From: Camelus ferus
Taxonomy: Eukaryota
DNA: 64,000 nt
NCBI RefSeq assembly: GCF_009834535.1
Contig: NC_045697.1
Span: 78,432,001-78,496,000 of the forward strand
Direction of reading: 5' to 3'
Positions 61,946-64,000 of this stretch are shown piece after piece. How positions within the stretch are numbered: position 1 is the stretch's first letter; each line of letters opens with the position of its first letter. Below the pieces are notes generated by a model, which saw only the letters and a list, made by a program, of their open reading frames with translations, was not told the DNA's origin and did no database searches. Position numbers and translations under genes: made by a program.

Positions 61946-64000
61946 GAGATGTTCCCTTCCTTCTTACTGTAAGAACTTTGATTTTGTCTAAGGTAGCCAT
62001 TTGCCTAGTCTTCCTGGCACTAAGAGGCAGTCATTATACACAGTCCTGGCCAAAGAGATACGAGCACAAGTTGCTGCATGAAACATCTGGGGAAACTTTA
62101 TAGTATGGAAGGTTAGGTTTAACAAACAAAAACAGGTGGGAGGAGAGATTATATATTGTATCATACGCTAAAGTTTAAGATCAGATGCAAAGTTTGAACT
62201 TGTGCCTTATGGTCTCAGCATGTTGGCCTCTTCAGAACTCTCTAACTCGTGGCCATGTGAAATTCCATTGTCATGCTTGCTCCAACATAGTCCAAAGACC
62301 ACCACCACCACCAGGTGGGGGACACTCTTACAAGGAAAGCGTCCATGGTGTCAAAAGTATCATTATGAGAAGATGTTTGATAATCGTGGTGGTCTCAGCA
62401 GAGGGATTTTGGAGGGAGTTTTGGCCTTTGGAAGATTAGAGATCATAGATGACTTCCTTTAGGAACTGGCATTGGAAGTAAGCTCCAATACATGAGTAGA
62501 AATTACTTTGGTTTGAAAAACAGTATGTGTGAAGGCCATGAAGTGCGAAAGAGCCTGGAGTGTGGAAGGTACTGAAGGGGATTTGGAGCACTGAGCTGTT
62601 TATTTGATTTCTGGTGTATTTCAGGCACTTTGGGTGCGGGATACCAAGGAACTTGCATAACACTTAAAATCAATCATATATATATGTATATATATGTGTG
62701 TGTAAAATATGTACACACACCATTCACCTTGATTATTCTTTTGTTCCTTTTTGTTTTTCTGCAAAGATCTCTTCACTTACAGTTGAATCTCTTTCATTTA
62801 TTATGGACAAGAGGCTATCAGCTATTTGCCACACCATGGTGAAGTGCTTGGCGTGCACTCTGCTTGGTCAGTTAAATATTTAGAATAGCCTGACTGATGA
62901 TAGAGACCTTTGGGTAAATCACATTTATTTCTGTATAATTATGCTTGAATCTTATGTAAACTTATTAACACTTGTTAATTAAAGCAATGTGGGTTTCATT
63001 GGCTGAGCACAACACAATTATTGCTCGGCCAAGACAACTTTATGGTTATCATCTCAAATATCTGAATGATAAATGCATTCTTAGCTTTTTTGAGTACTTC
63101 CCACATACTATTTTAAGCACTTTACATCTGTTATTTTCTTTTATCTTCAAAACAGCCTTATGAAAAAGGCACAATTTTTATCTTCATTTCACAGATGAGA
63201 ATAAAAGAGACACAGAGATGCCAGGTACCCTCTTGAAGGTCACACAGCTATAATCAGTCATAGACCCAGGATCTGAATCTAGCCACACCAGCTCTTACTC
63301 TAATCCTATATAGTCATTGTACAAAATTTTAACTCTTCAGTTGGCTATAATTGCATTTCATGGTTTTATAGCTAGAATTTGGCAAATCAGATTAATTACC
63401 TTGGGAATAATTATTCTCCATGTCTTCCTCACTAAAACCACCAAAAAGACCCCAAATAATTGGTTCTGCTCTCCCCTATTTATTTAAGATTTGTGAATTG
63501 TTTCCACTTCCATGTCTTCTTTTATCCCTATTTGGTGCATATAAGATATTTATGCAAATAGAGAAACATGGCCCTGAATTGATCTCAAATATAATAGGTT
63601 ACACGATGCATATAAAAATGTGTCTAGAAAAAAGAGTTAAGATTTGACATAATGTCATCCAAGGAACCAACTGTAGAACTCAGATAGACAAGTTCATGGC
63701 TTTTTCCAGACAGTAAAATACATTATTTTATAGATGATCATACACTCAGTTAGGGACTCAGTAAACTAGCGAATGTGACTTGGAAATATACCAAATAACT
63801 AACCCTACATATTCACACATCTTCTCTCCTTCAACCTCTCTTTCTTCAATATTCCTTAACTTAGAGAACAGCCTGGTGCCAAAAATATAGCAGCATTCTA
63901 GACATCCTTCTCCTTCACTACATACCACAGAAAATTAAGAATAAATGATCAGCCCCAGCCCCATCCTAGCAGAAGGCTCACACCTGCTCAGCCTGTTTAA

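Noticed and set aside
61494..62000. 168-aa minus-strand ORF
   Set aside because: It lies within L2/MLT remnants; a chance open frame.
62308..62322. CCACCAGGTGGGG CTCF-like motif
   Set aside because: It lacks the conserved C of the core and arises from a (CCA)n run.
1..64000. CRISPR arrays, rRNA genes, prokaryotic operons
   Set aside because: None seen; the window is mammalian non-coding DNA.

Overview
Mammalian genomic DNA, almost certainly camelid: it carries a Vic-1-type tRNA-derived SINE and young artiodactyl L1s. It is AT-rich and repeat-dense, with no intact host protein-coding gene. Most of the ORF track is L1 debris or noise. The main discovery is a heavily decayed endogenous bornavirus-like element on the + strand. 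Its translated remnants match Borna disease virus (BoDV-1) proteins in viral genome order: N (~20.2-21.1 kb), a weak P remnant, M (~21.65-21.87 kb), G (~21.84-24.29 kb), and L fragments from ~24.2 kb to at least 48.3 kb (perhaps 50.9 kb), including a degenerate GDNQ catalytic motif. A ~9 kb viral genome appears to have been stretched over ~30 kb by later L2, MIR, MLT and L1 insertions, which implies a very old integration. A CpG-rich NRF1/CRE promoter lies inside the N remnant, and strong + strand splice sites and a poly(A) signal suggest it drives a spliced non-coding transcript. The viral alignments were made by eye against BoDV-1 sequences recalled from memory and need tBLASTn/HMM confirmation. 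Also present: a full-length L1 nested in an older L1 (16-bp TSD), twin-primed inverted L1s (one with a 3' transduction), a CTCF site, ancient CR1/RTE fragments and candidate conserved non-coding elements.
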